In this document: piece by piece, positions 12,170 to 23,071 of the stretch | Layout: each line of letters begins with the position of its first letter | How positions within the stretch are numbered: position 1 is the stretch's first letter | Source of the DNA: Octopus bimaculoides | Lineage: Eukaryota | Direction: 5' to 3' | Assembly (NCBI RefSeq): GCF_001194135.2 | Contig: NC_068999.1 | Location: forward strand, 43,948,718 to 43,989,385 | Length of the DNA: 40,668 nt | Made by a program: the position numbers and the translations under genes | Notes under the pieces: model-generated | Database searches by the model: none | What the model was told of the DNA's origin: nothing | The model's input: the letters and a program-made list of their open reading frames with translations, nothing else

Positions 12170-13020
12170 TTATTATTATTGTTATTATTATTGTTGTTAA
12201 TGTTGTTGTTGCTGTTATTATTAAGATTATTATTTTTATTACGTACATACAGATACCGTTGTGAGAAGAAAAATATACAGGTACGTACGTCTTATGTACA
12301 TATCTATATATTTTTTTTTCATGTCATCAATAATCGATGAAAATGTTTCGTTAGACACATTCTGATATTTAGCTTTTGTGTAGCATTAAAGAGATGTTAG
12401 AAATATATATATAATCCAGGATTACATTAATTCACTGATGTTTATACAGCTGTGGCTTTGCAGTATTTCTTACACAATTTCGATATTTTGATATCACATG
12501 GCAGTGTACTAAACGAGAAGACAGATAAAAAAAAAGCAAGAGAAAAAGGCAAAGCATATTTATTTATTAATTCTTTTTTCAGCGCTGTGATCACATTGAC
12601 AATAAACGGAGGCGGTGAAGCACGTTCAAATAATGTTTACCTTTTGCTTGAATGTTCCTTGCAATTCTGTCCAATCCATTTGATTGTAAATCTGCCTGTA
12701 TTTTCTCATTCCGTGTAGAAATGGTCTCTAGGGAGAAACACGTTTTTTTTTTTTTTTTTTTGCAACGTGCGAAGAGAATAACAATGTGCGTTTACATCTG
12801 TTAAAATATTACAGCCAAAGCTTGGAGATCTTCTTTATAACAACATTAAATATATTCTTCGATACTTGTAGTTTTTGTGTGGTTGATACAAAAATTCGAT
12901 AATTTATTTAATCTGTCTTCCGAAGAACAGAAAGAAATATGTGGACATAGGTGTCCTTTGATGAGGAGACATCGATCTATGAAACTTATCAAGAATATAA
13001 TCTTTTGTATGTAAAAGTGT

Positions 13021-13245
13021 AACCCGCCGTACTCTCCCGATTTTGAACCAACGGATTTCCACCTCTATCGATCGCTTTCAAATGCTATGCGTGCAGTTTC
13101 GTTCAATACTGTTGCAGAATTGAGAGCTTGGTTGGATCAATTTTTCGAATCGAAATCGGATAATTTTTACCCACGAAGTATTCAAAATCTTGTTGAAAGT
13201 TGGGAAGAAGTTGTAAACAACATGGGCGAATACATTATTGATTAA
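13021..13245 (+). pseudogene. Mariner transposase C-terminal fragment (74 codons plus stop)
   Basis: NPPYSPDFEPTDFHLYRSLSNAMRAVSFNTVAELRAWLDQFFESKSDNFYPRSIQNLVESWEEVVNNMGEYIID*. It matches the mariner HPPYSPDLAPSDYHLF motif, including the third catalytic Asp, and the typical ...GEYI.D* end. It is absent from the ORF track. Confidence 0.95.
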
Positions 13246-13323
13246 TTAGTTGTTATTTTTTTAATTAAAATTTTTAAAAAATTTAATTTAAAAACAACGG
13301 TGGGAACCTAGTTGCCAACTCAA
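13021..13323 (+). mobile_element. 3' end of a mariner (Tc1/mariner) DNA transposon with terminal inverted repeat and TA
   Basis: After the stop codon, an AT-rich spacer leads to AACAACGGTGGGAACCTAGTTGCCAACTCAA (ends 13323), then TA. The reverse complement TTGAGTTGGCAACTAGGTTCCCACCG is a mariner-type TIR. No 5' TIR was found upstream. Confidence 0.9.
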
Positions 13324-13998
13324 TATATANNNNNNNNNNNNNNNNNNNNNNNNNNNNNNNNNNNNNNNNNNNNNNNNNNNNNNNNNNNNNNNNNNNNNNN
13401 NNNNNNNNNNNNNNNNNNNNNNNNNNNNNNNNNNNNNNNNNNNNNNNNNNNNNNNNNNNNNNNNNNNNNNNNNNNNNNNNNNNNNNNNNNNNNNNNNNNN
13501 NNNNNNNNNNNNNNNNNNNNNNNNNNNNNNNNNNNNNNNNNNNNNNNNNNNNNNNNNNNNNNNNNNNNNNNNNNNNNNNNNNNNNNNNNNNNNNNNNNNN
13601 NNNNNNNNNNNNNNNNNNNNNNNNNNNNNNNNNNNNNNNNNNNNNNNNNNNNNNNNNNNNNNNNNNNNNNNNNNNNNNNNNNNNNNNNNNNNNNNNNNNN
13701 NNNNNNNNNNNNNNNNNNNNNNNNNNNNNNNNNNNNNNNNNNNNNNNNNNNNNNNNNNNNNNNNNNNNNNNNNNNNNNNNNNNNNNNNNNNNNNNNNNNN
13801 NNNNNNNNNNNNNNNNNNNNNNNNNNNNNNNNNNNNNNNNNNNNNNNNNNNNNNNNNNNNNNNNNNNNNNNNNNNNNNNNNNNNNNNNNNNNNNNNNNNN
13901 NNNNNNNNNNNNNNNNNNNNNNNNNNNNNNNNNNNNNNNNNNNNNNNNNNNNNNNNNNNNNNNNNNNNNNNNNNNNNNNNNNNNNNNNNNNNNNNNNN

Positions 13999-14075
<77 letters not shown>

Positions 14076-14361
14076 GGTGGTGGTGGTGGTGGTGGTGGTA
14101 ACCTTGAATCATTTTCACCGCATGATGCGAAGAGAAGTGTAGGAGTCTGGATGCTGTGAAAATACCAGATGTTGCCGCCGCGAGAACGTCGTAAACGTTA
14201 TGGTGAAAAGAAGAAGAAGCGGAGGGAATGAAATTTTAACTGCTCTATATTGATTTCATCAACGAAACATCTGTTGAAAATTAATAATGATGCTGTGGCG
14301 TAGACCACGGTGATTATTGTGGAGAAATCGAGAAGGAAATAACGATAACGATTGTAGTAGT

Positions 14362-14404
14362 AGTAATAATAATAACAATAATAATAATAATAATAATAAT
14401 AATT

Positions 14405-14445
<41 letters not shown>

Positions 14446-14479
14446 AAAAATATTAATAATAATAATAATAATAATAATA

Positions 14480-14532
<53 letters not shown>

Positions 14533-14534
14533 CA

Positions 14535-14577
<43 letters not shown>

Positions 14578-14585
14578 GATTATTA
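14362..14585. repeat. Head-to-head (AAT)n/(TTA)n inverted microsatellite
   Basis: About 120 nt of (AAT)n switches to about 100 nt of (TTA)n at 14480/14481. Confidence 0.9.
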
Positions 14586-14594
14586 TAAAAATGG

Positions 14595-14641
<47 letters not shown>

Positions 14642-14684
14642 GCAGAACTTTAGTGGTTTTGAATATACATAAATGTGGGTGGGC

Positions 14685-14722
<38 letters not shown>

Positions 14723-14970
14723 AGGCAAGTTATGTACATGCGTATATTTTAGATTTACAAAACCGGAAACTAACTTTCATAAGTATAGACTATAGATACA
14801 CTGAAACAAAATTTAATGGCATTTTAATCAAGATATTTTTTTAAGCGCATATATACCATTACATGTACATATATATTTATAGTATATAAATACATACTAC
14901 ATACATACGTAGAAATATATATACAGATAAAGTATAAAAAATATGCAAAGAGCTACGTTCTTTATTTATA

Positions 14971-15076
14971 ATCACTACACATGTTTCGACGCATTTCTAC
15001 ACTCGTAGTTCATTGCTGAGATGTTGTGTAGTCATTATAATGCATCGAAGGAGCATAATACGCCTCCTCAGATGAT
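14971..15076 (-). ncRNA. Complete type I hammerhead ribozyme motif with a 61-nt loop II (HHR-3)
   Basis: Minus strand: AUCAU-CUGAGGA-GGCGUAUU(61 nt)AAUGCGUC-GAAA-C(AUGU)GUA^GUGAU. Helix I has 5 pairs (one U-G), helix II has 8 pairs (two G-U), and helix III has 2 pairs with palindromic ACAUGU. All core nucleotides match. AATAAA follows shortly after the cleavage site (14966-14961). Confidence 0.75.
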
Positions 15077-16059
15077 AGTTGAAACAACGTCTTCGTTAGA
15101 TCCAACATTTACTCAGCGTGAGAAACATGGTCAGTTGGTCGATCGGTCAGTCGGTGGGTCCTGTGATTCATAACATCGAGAGAAAGAAAGAGAGACAGAA
15201 GGTGAGAGAAGAAGAGAGAGGGGAGAAAGAGAGAGAGAGAAAGGGTGACTGAAAATGTGTGCATCTCTGATCATGAGCAGGAGTAGTTGACAGAACATGA
15301 TATCTGTATGTTGAGAGAGATTCTTTGAATAAATGTAACAAAAGCAACGTTTGAAGGAAATCTTAACCATTTTTCATTCATTCCAGGGGTCCGCAAACAG
15401 GAAATAACAGTTGCTACCAAAGGACAAAAATCGTATTACACAGTGTAATTGTTGTATATAAATCATATTTCCTGATGTTAGCAATGTGGCAAAACCATTT
15501 TGAAAGTTACCCCTCATATGACAGGTATCCCACTGGTTTCGTTATAGATATATAACAAGAAATATCACGAATACGACCAGCAATAATTCAAATTTATTTG
15601 TAGAATTTAAGTAACAAAGTAATTGTATAATATTTGTATTTGTCTTTTATTCTCATCGAATTGTATGAAACTGGTAGAATTTAGTTTCAACAGACAATGT
15701 ACCCAAAACTTAGAAAAACTAAATCACTACCAGCTTTGAAAAACTTGATTTCATCAGCGATAAAGATGTTTACCAAAGAATCGAGGAATTTTCAGCACTT
15801 TCTTGAAATGCCAACTTTTAAATAGACAGCATTGCGTTCAGTTTTAAGAAGTAGACAGAAAATGATAGAATCTAATTATCTTCGTATTCACCAATGTCAC
15901 TTCACAATAATAATGTACGTTAAATACTAAACAGCATTGTAGTATTATTTAGTATTCTTTTACCAGTTCTACAGACTGAATGATGGCCATGATAGGCGCC
16001 ACCTTGAAAAGATGATTTGATTGCGTATTTCAAAAGTATTATTTGACTCATCGTTTATT

Positions 16060-16450
16060 TTCTTTGTCTTGCTTCAGTCATTGGATTGCGACCGTTCTGG
16101 TACCGTCTTGAAGCGACCACACCACTTATTTATCGTTTTAAGTCTGCTACATATTCTGTCAGCTTGTTTTGCCGAACTGCTAAGTCACAGTGATATAAAC
16201 AAACCAATACTGATTGTTAAGCAGGGTTAGGGTTAGGTGGGAGAACTAACACATGCGAAAAGACACACAGAAAAACATACACTCACACATATACATACAT
16301 ATGACAGGCTTTCCCACAGTTTCCGTCTAGGAAATTCACTGACAAAGCATCGGCCGGCTCGGAGCTATAATAGACGACATTTGCCTAATGTGTCGCGCAG
16401 TGGGACTGAACAGGAGACCACGTTTCTGCAAAGCAACCTCCTCAACCATT
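16060..16450 (-). mobile_element. Near full-length, diverged family 1 SINE
   Basis: Tail TCTTGCTTCAGTCATTGGATTGCGACC, middle TTTTGCCGAACTGCTAAGTCAC, CA-rich linker, then CAGTTTCCGTCTAG...GCGCAGTGGGACTGAAC (reverse complement of the B-box region). The head matches 32787-32970. Confidence 0.75.
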
Positions 16451-16482
16451 CTATTGACATTACATTGAACGAAAGGAAAAGT

Positions 16483-16575
16483 AAACCAAGACGAGATTTG
16501 AACCCAGAAATGCAGAGATAAAATAAAAAGCAACAAAATTAATTGCGTCCGATGCTCTACCGATTCAGCCATTTA
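16483..16575 (-). mobile_element. Diverged family 2 SINE head
   Basis: GAGATTTGAACCCAGAA...CGATGCTCTACCGATTCAGCCA is the reverse complement of the TGGCTGAATCG...TTCTGAGTTCAAAT head at 36782-36854. Confidence 0.55.
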
Positions 16576-16911
16576 GTGTTGAGTCTCTTCGTATTCCTGG
16601 AGACTGGTCGGAAAGGTCGGATAAAATATCTGGCTTTTCTGAGAGAATAGCAGTATTAAAAGAAGAGGAACTTGGTATAGATTTAGAAAGAAAATTTTAA
16701 TAGGGGTCAGTAGTATCCATTATCTATATTAGGGGGTAAGTCTTTTGTGCAAGTATTCAAAAAAGAAAGAAAGAAAAAAAACGGAGAAGGAAAATATTTG
16801 AGATATAACAAATATTCTTTTCTACTTTAGGCACAAGGCCCGAAATTTTTTTGAACCCGGAAGCATGTAGTTGAGAAGCAATCTTCTTTCCACAGAGTCA
16901 CACCTCTTCTA

Positions 16912-17033
16912 CTCCTATACTCTTTTACTTGTTTCAGTCATTTGACTGTGGCCATGCTGGAGCACCGCCTTTTAGTCAAACAAATCGACCTCAGGACTTA
17001 TTCTTTGTAAGCCTAGTACTTATTCTATCGGTC
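16912..17033 (-). mobile_element. Family 1 SINE 3' part, low divergence, ending at a minisatellite
   Basis: TCTTTTACTTGTTTCAGTCATTTGACTGTGGCCATGCTGGAGCACCGCCTTTTAGTC...GCCTAGTACTTATTCTATCGGTC. Confidence 0.85.
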
Positions 17034-17262
17034 ACCATAGATTAATTGTGACTTTTTCCTAGCCCAAATTTTGACTTTATTACCGGCCACCATAAATTAT
17101 AAAATAATTGTGAATTTTTCCTAGCCAAAATTCTAACTTTATTACTGTGACTTTATTACTGGCCACCATAAACTAATTGCGACTTTTTTTTCCTAGCCAA
17201 AATTGTTACTTTATTACCGTGATATTTTTTTCCCTGCGACTTTATTACCGGTCACCGTAAAA
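17030..17262. repeat. Minisatellite of variable-length units (55, 76 and 89 bp plus a partial unit)
   Basis: Units begin GG(T/C)CACC(A/G)TA at 17030, 17085, 17161 and 17250. The three complete units contain TTTTCCTAGCC(C/A)AAATT and end in ACTTTATTAC(C/T). Confidence 0.85.
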
Positions 17263-17576
17263 TCAGTAGCCAGCAAAACTCTGCAACTACCAACACCGGA
17301 CCTCGTGACCAAAACACGTGACTTGGACATGTACAAATGTTTCTGCTATTCTCTGCCGAAAACACAATGTTTGTTATGCAGACAATGATTTTTTTTCACG
17401 ACAGGAAAGATAACTAAAACATTCCTCTTACCTCCTCGTTGTTTGCATAATTTTTGTTTTCATTTTCAAACGCCAATAATTTTTTTTTTTTGTTTTTCTT
17501 TGATTTTTCTCCCATTGTTATATCAATTACATTACTTCCTGTCGCTTTGATGTTACTGTTCAGTTATTTTCTCTTT

Positions 17577-17979
17577 GGTGTGTGCGTGTGTGTGTGTGTG
17601 TGTGTGTGCGTGTGGATATGTGTGCATGTGTGTGTATGTTTGTGTATGTGTGTCTGTATGTATGTGTGTGTATGTGTATGTGTGTAAGTGCGCGTGTGTG
17701 TGTATATATGTGTGTGCATGTGTGTGTGTGTCTGTTTGTATGTGTACACATGTGAGTGTATATGTGTGTATGTGTGTATGTATGTGTGCATGCGTGCGTG
17801 ATGCGTGCGTGATGCGTGTGTGTATGTATGTGTGTATGTGTGTGTGCATGTGTGTGTATATGTGTTTGTATGTGTGTGTGCGTGCATGTATGTGTGCATA
17901 TGTCCGTGTATGTGCGTGTGTGCATATGTGCGTGTATGTGCGTGTGTATGTGTGTGTATGTGTATGTGTGTGTGCGTGC

Positions 17980-18013
<34 letters not shown>

Positions 18014-18027
18014 GTGTGTGTGTGTGT
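17577..18027. repeat. Degenerate (TG)n/(TATG)n tract ending in (GA)n
   Basis: Seen directly. It accounts for the H/T- and C/V-rich ORFs between 17553 and 18203. Confidence 0.95.
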
Positions 18028-19509
18028 AGGTAATTGAAATGTTTTCCATGTGGATTTTTGATGTTGTTGCCGCCGTTGTTGTTGTCGTACTTGTTGATGA
18101 GGTTGTTCCTTTTGCTATTAAGGTTAAAAGCTATGCGAAACGCTGCAAAAATATGTAGGTCTGTGGTTGCTTTAAACAGCGGAAATAAATTAGATTGAAA
18201 CATTTACAAGGCATTTGTTAAAACTAATAATAAACCGTCGGACGTGTCACGATTAAAGAGCAATTATCAAGTCCTAATGGGGAACCGTCACGGAAGTGTC
18301 GAGCATTTGATTCACTCCCTTATAGAAATATGCAGGACCTTGTTTGGAAAAGGTAGGAAACTTAATGAAGCCTCTATGTAGGATCCTGTGTGTGCACACT
18401 TAACTGTGAAGAGATGAGAAACAACGCCGAAAACATATTCTCTCTTAACTGATTGTTTAAGAAGTTACACCCAGAGAGTTTTTAATTCCCTGGATTTGGG
18501 AATTTTGAATTTACAAACTTTGATGGACATCTTAAAGTCAAACCAGCTTTCGCTCGGAAATTCCAACAATTAAATGTCGGCATTCTTGTTCTTTCGTTGT
18601 CTCCTTAACGCCACTTTTAGCTTTGATTAAACATGTCGTCTGCGTGTTTTTTAAAGACATAATGAGCGGAGATCTATATTATTAATGTCTCATTATTGTG
18701 GTCGGAAAAGATTACAGTGGTGTGATGTGACAGATCTGTCTGTTATATCTACCGGGAAAGGCAATCATGCTGAATCTCCGATTTTGCATTCTGTTACCTC
18801 TCTCTAACTAGACGTCCATTAGTTTGCATTCCTTTCGTCATCAATATGCTCACTTTTACTTCATCTCTCTCTCGCTGTTTTTCTCTACCAATTTCTTTCT
18901 TCATAGATTTTTTCTTATTCTTTATCATTTCCACTTTCCGACTATCTTCCTCATTTATCCTAATGCGTAATCTCCTTCCCTTGAGCGCTCTTTTTTCCTA
19001 AAGAGGAAGAAACAAAGATAAGACAAAATGGTCGGATTTGTCGTTAAGAACACGAAAATTGGAAGAAAAAAATATTTATAAAATATGCGTGAATTATCTC
19101 CGCGTACACAAAATGTAAGTAAAAATTTATTTTCATTTGAGATTAAATTTTATGTAATTACTTTTTACTGAGCTTTTGTAAAAGTCTATCCATTAGCAAG
19201 ACAACAAGCTGGTTCTTGGCAACTTTCAAAGATACATCGATCGTAAAACTCCTTCATGGGATGAGAGAAAGAGAGAGAAAGAGACAGAGAGAGAAAGAGA
19301 GAGAGAGAGAGAGANNNNNNNNNNNNNNNNNNNNNNNNNNNNNNNNNNNNNNNNNNNNNNNNNNNNNNNNNNNNNNNNNNNNNNNNNNNNNNNNNNNNNN
19401 NNNNNNNNNNNNNNNNNNNNNNNNNNNNNNNNNNNNNNNNNNNNNNNNNNNNNNNNNNNNNNNNNNNNNNNNNNNNNNNNGACGAGGAAGAGAATGAGGG
19501 GAGGAAGAG

Positions 19510-19625
19510 GAGGAGAAAGAAAGAAAGAAAGAAAGAAAGAAGAAGAAGAAGAAGAAGAAGAAGAAGAAGAAGAAGAAGAAGAAGAAGAAGAAGAAGAAGA
19601 AGAAGAAGAAGAAGAACAAGAAGAA

Positions 19626-19672
<47 letters not shown>

Positions 19673-19718
19673 AGAAGAAGAAGAAGAAGAAGAAGAAGAA
19701 GAAGAAGAAGAAGAAGAA
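19510..19718. repeat. (GAAA)n / (GAA)n microsatellite
   Basis: Seen directly. It produces the poly-E and poly-F ORFs. Confidence 0.97.
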
Positions 19719-19929
19719 TTCGTAAAACAATACCAATGAAACGGTCTGCAAACGATAAATTGCTTCCATAATTATTTAGGTATCAGCCAAATTTGGTTTC
19801 TAAGTCACTTTGTCATCCTGACGTAAGAACTCTTTAGACACAACATTGTAAGTGTTTTATAAAGGGTTTCATGATTTAAATGAATGAAAGCTTTCAATGC
19901 AATGACCCTCAGCGGCTAATAAACAAGAC

Positions 19930-19960
<31 letters not shown>

Positions 19961-20421
19961 CTTCTTCTTCTTCTTCTTCTTCTCCTTTTTCTTTTCCTTC
20001 TCCTCTTCTTCTCCCTCTTTCAGTACCTCCTCACCCTTTTCGCCCTCTCACCGCTTACCGCATCTCCCCCTCCCCTTCTTCTTCTTCCACTTCTCTCTTC
20101 TTCTTCTTCTCGTTGTTGTTGTTGTTGTTGTTCTTCTTCTTCTTCTTCTTCTTCTTCTTCTTCTTCTTCTTCTTCTTCTTCTCGTTGTTGTTGTTCTTCT
20201 TCTTCTTTTCGTTGTTGTTGTTCTTCTTCTTCTCGTTGTTGTTCTTCTTTTCGTTGTTGTTGTTCTTCTTCTCCTTCTTCTCCTTCTGCCTATCCTCCTC
20301 CTCCTCCTCCTCCTCCTCCTTCTTCTTCTTCTTGATAGCATTGCACTTGTGTTGCTGTTGTCATTATTATTATCGTTGTTGATGTTGTTGGTGATGACGT
20401 CGTTGTTAACATTATTACGGC

Positions 20422-20468
<47 letters not shown>

Positions 20469-20700
20469 GTATTGTGGCTGTTATTATTTTATGGTTATTG
20501 TTGGTGCTATTTGCATTACCATTGTTCTTCTTATTTTCATTATTATTATTATTATTATTATTACCATTATCGTTATTATTGCTAATTTTATTGTTATCGA
20601 TTTCATTATCAATATCATTATTATTATTATTATTGTTGTTGTTGTTGCTGTTGTCGTCGTCGTCATCATCATCATCATCATCAGCAACATAGTCGTCACT
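19930..20700. repeat. Compound (CTT)n / (TTG)n / (CCT)n / (ATT)n / (ATC)n microsatellite field
   Basis: Seen directly. It includes a higher-order (TTC)n-CG-(TTG)n repetition at about 20095-20270. Confidence 0.95.
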
Positions 20701-21286
20701 GTTGTAAAAATTTGATGTCTCGAGGTGATTCGTTCCGTAAATTGTGAACAGGGTTCGGTTTGTTTTCTGAACGAACACCACTTCACCGTTCTGCAAGTGA
20801 AACAATTCAATAGCGTTTCTCGTTTCCAGCGTCTTCACGTCTAAATAACTGCTCGCCATTGTAACCGCTAGTTTATGGAACACGCCTGTCATATGTGATT
20901 AAAACATTTGGGGAGAAAGAAGTAAAAAATAGCAACAAACACATTGTTGCTAATTTCAGCGAATCCCACAATTTCAATGGCACATTCATGGTGTGCCTTT
21001 GTTATGAAATTGCCGCTGAAAATGGCTGTTTCTTTTCAACGGAAAAGTCGTCGATGGCGTAGCACAGAAATAGAGAAAAATAGACAAGCATTTATATGCA
21101 TATGGCTGTGCGATTGTGTCGAAACGTACATAAATACATACATACAAACTTAAATACAAACATAATACATAAATATATACATACATACGCCCACACATAC
21201 ATAAAAACATAAATGTATACACATAGTTATATCCAAGCGTATTCGTTTATTTATATATATGTATCACACACATTCACACACACATT

Positions 21287-21328
<42 letters not shown>

Positions 21329-21500
21329 GTATGCACATGAATACATAAATATATATGGATATGTGGGAAGTGGATGTATATATGCTAAGTACATATAGCT
21401 ATACATATGTATATACGAATGTGCGTGTATATATATGTATGTCATTATATACATATACATATATATATATATATACAATTATACACATACTAGGCATATA

Positions 21501-21542
<42 letters not shown>

Positions 21543-22327
21543 NNNNNNNNNNNNNNNNNNNNNNNNNNNNNNNNNNNNNNNNNNNNNNNNNNNNNNNNNN
21601 NNNNNNNNNNNNNNNNNNNNNNNNNNNNNNNNNNNNNNNNNNNNNNNNNNNNNNNNNNNNNNNNNNNNNNNNNNNNNNNNNNNNNNNNNNNNNNNNNNNN
21701 NNNNNNNNNNNNNNNNNNNNNNNNNNNNNNNNNNNNNNNNNNNNNNNNNNNNNNNNNNNNNNNNNNNNNNNNNNNNNNNNNNNNNNNNNNNNNNNNNNNN
21801 NNNNNNNNNNNNNNNNNNNNNNNNNNNNNNNNNNNNNNNNNNNNNNNNNNNNNNNNNNNNNNNNNNNNNNNNNNNNNNNNNNNNNNNNNNNNNNNNNNNN
21901 NNNNNNNNNNNNNNNNNNNNNNNNNNNNNNNNNNNNNNNNNNNNNNNNNNNNNNNNNNNNNNNNNNNNNNNNNNNNNNNNNNNNNNNNNNNNNNNNNNNN
22001 NNNNNNNNNNNNNNNNNNNNNNNNNNNNNNNNNNNNNNNNNNNNNNNNNNNNNNNNNNNNNNNGGTGGTGGCGGCGGCGGCGGTGGTGGTGGGGTATTGG
22101 TGGGGAATTAGAACGATTTACTTTCTTGTTTCTTGGAATATCTTAAAATGTTTAGCTTCGGTTTTCATTCTCGAGAGTAATTTTTAATCTTTTGCAACCG
22201 AATTTCTCAATACGGGAAATGACATAAAAGCTCTCTCGCACGCACACACACACACACACACACCAATTATTATATAACCGAACATACATGAACACAAACG
22301 ACCATATAAATATGTATACAGTCATAC

Positions 22328-22361
<34 letters not shown>

Positions 22362-22561
22362 ATGTATACATAGACATATACATACATATCTACATATCTA
22401 CAAATATACATGTACATATACATATACATAAATGTACATATATATGTGTGTATTTACACACAGACATACACACAAACATACATATATATATGCATATATG
22501 TGCATATATTTATGATATACATATATATGTATGACATATATACATGCATACATGTATTTGC

Positions 22562-22645
<84 letters not shown>

Positions 22646-23019
22646 GTAGGTGTGTATGTATTTATACATCTTTGTATTGCCACCTTTATAAATATGCATG
22701 CAATAATACATGGAAATACACGCACGTATATCCAGACACGAACAGGCAGAGAGACAGACAGACAGACAGACAAACGTTTCGAAAAGCACCACCTGCAAAT
22801 GTATTATACAGGTCTGAGTGTTTATGTATGTATGCATGTATGTATATGTGTGTGTGTGTGTGTATGTTTTCATGTATATGTTTGCATCCTCGTACGTATT
22901 TAGGTGTATATAAATGTACGGACTATATATATAAACTTCCATATGGATGCAAACAGGGACAAGTGTGAAGTCGCTTTCGTACGATTCTTAATCGCTGGCG
23001 AATCTGAATGTTCATGCGT

Positions 23020-23071
<52 letters not shown>

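Noticed and set aside
16223-16237. GGGTTAGGGTTAGG telomere-like repeat
   Set aside because: It is only about two TTAGGG units inside a SINE linker, too short to call an interstitial telomere.
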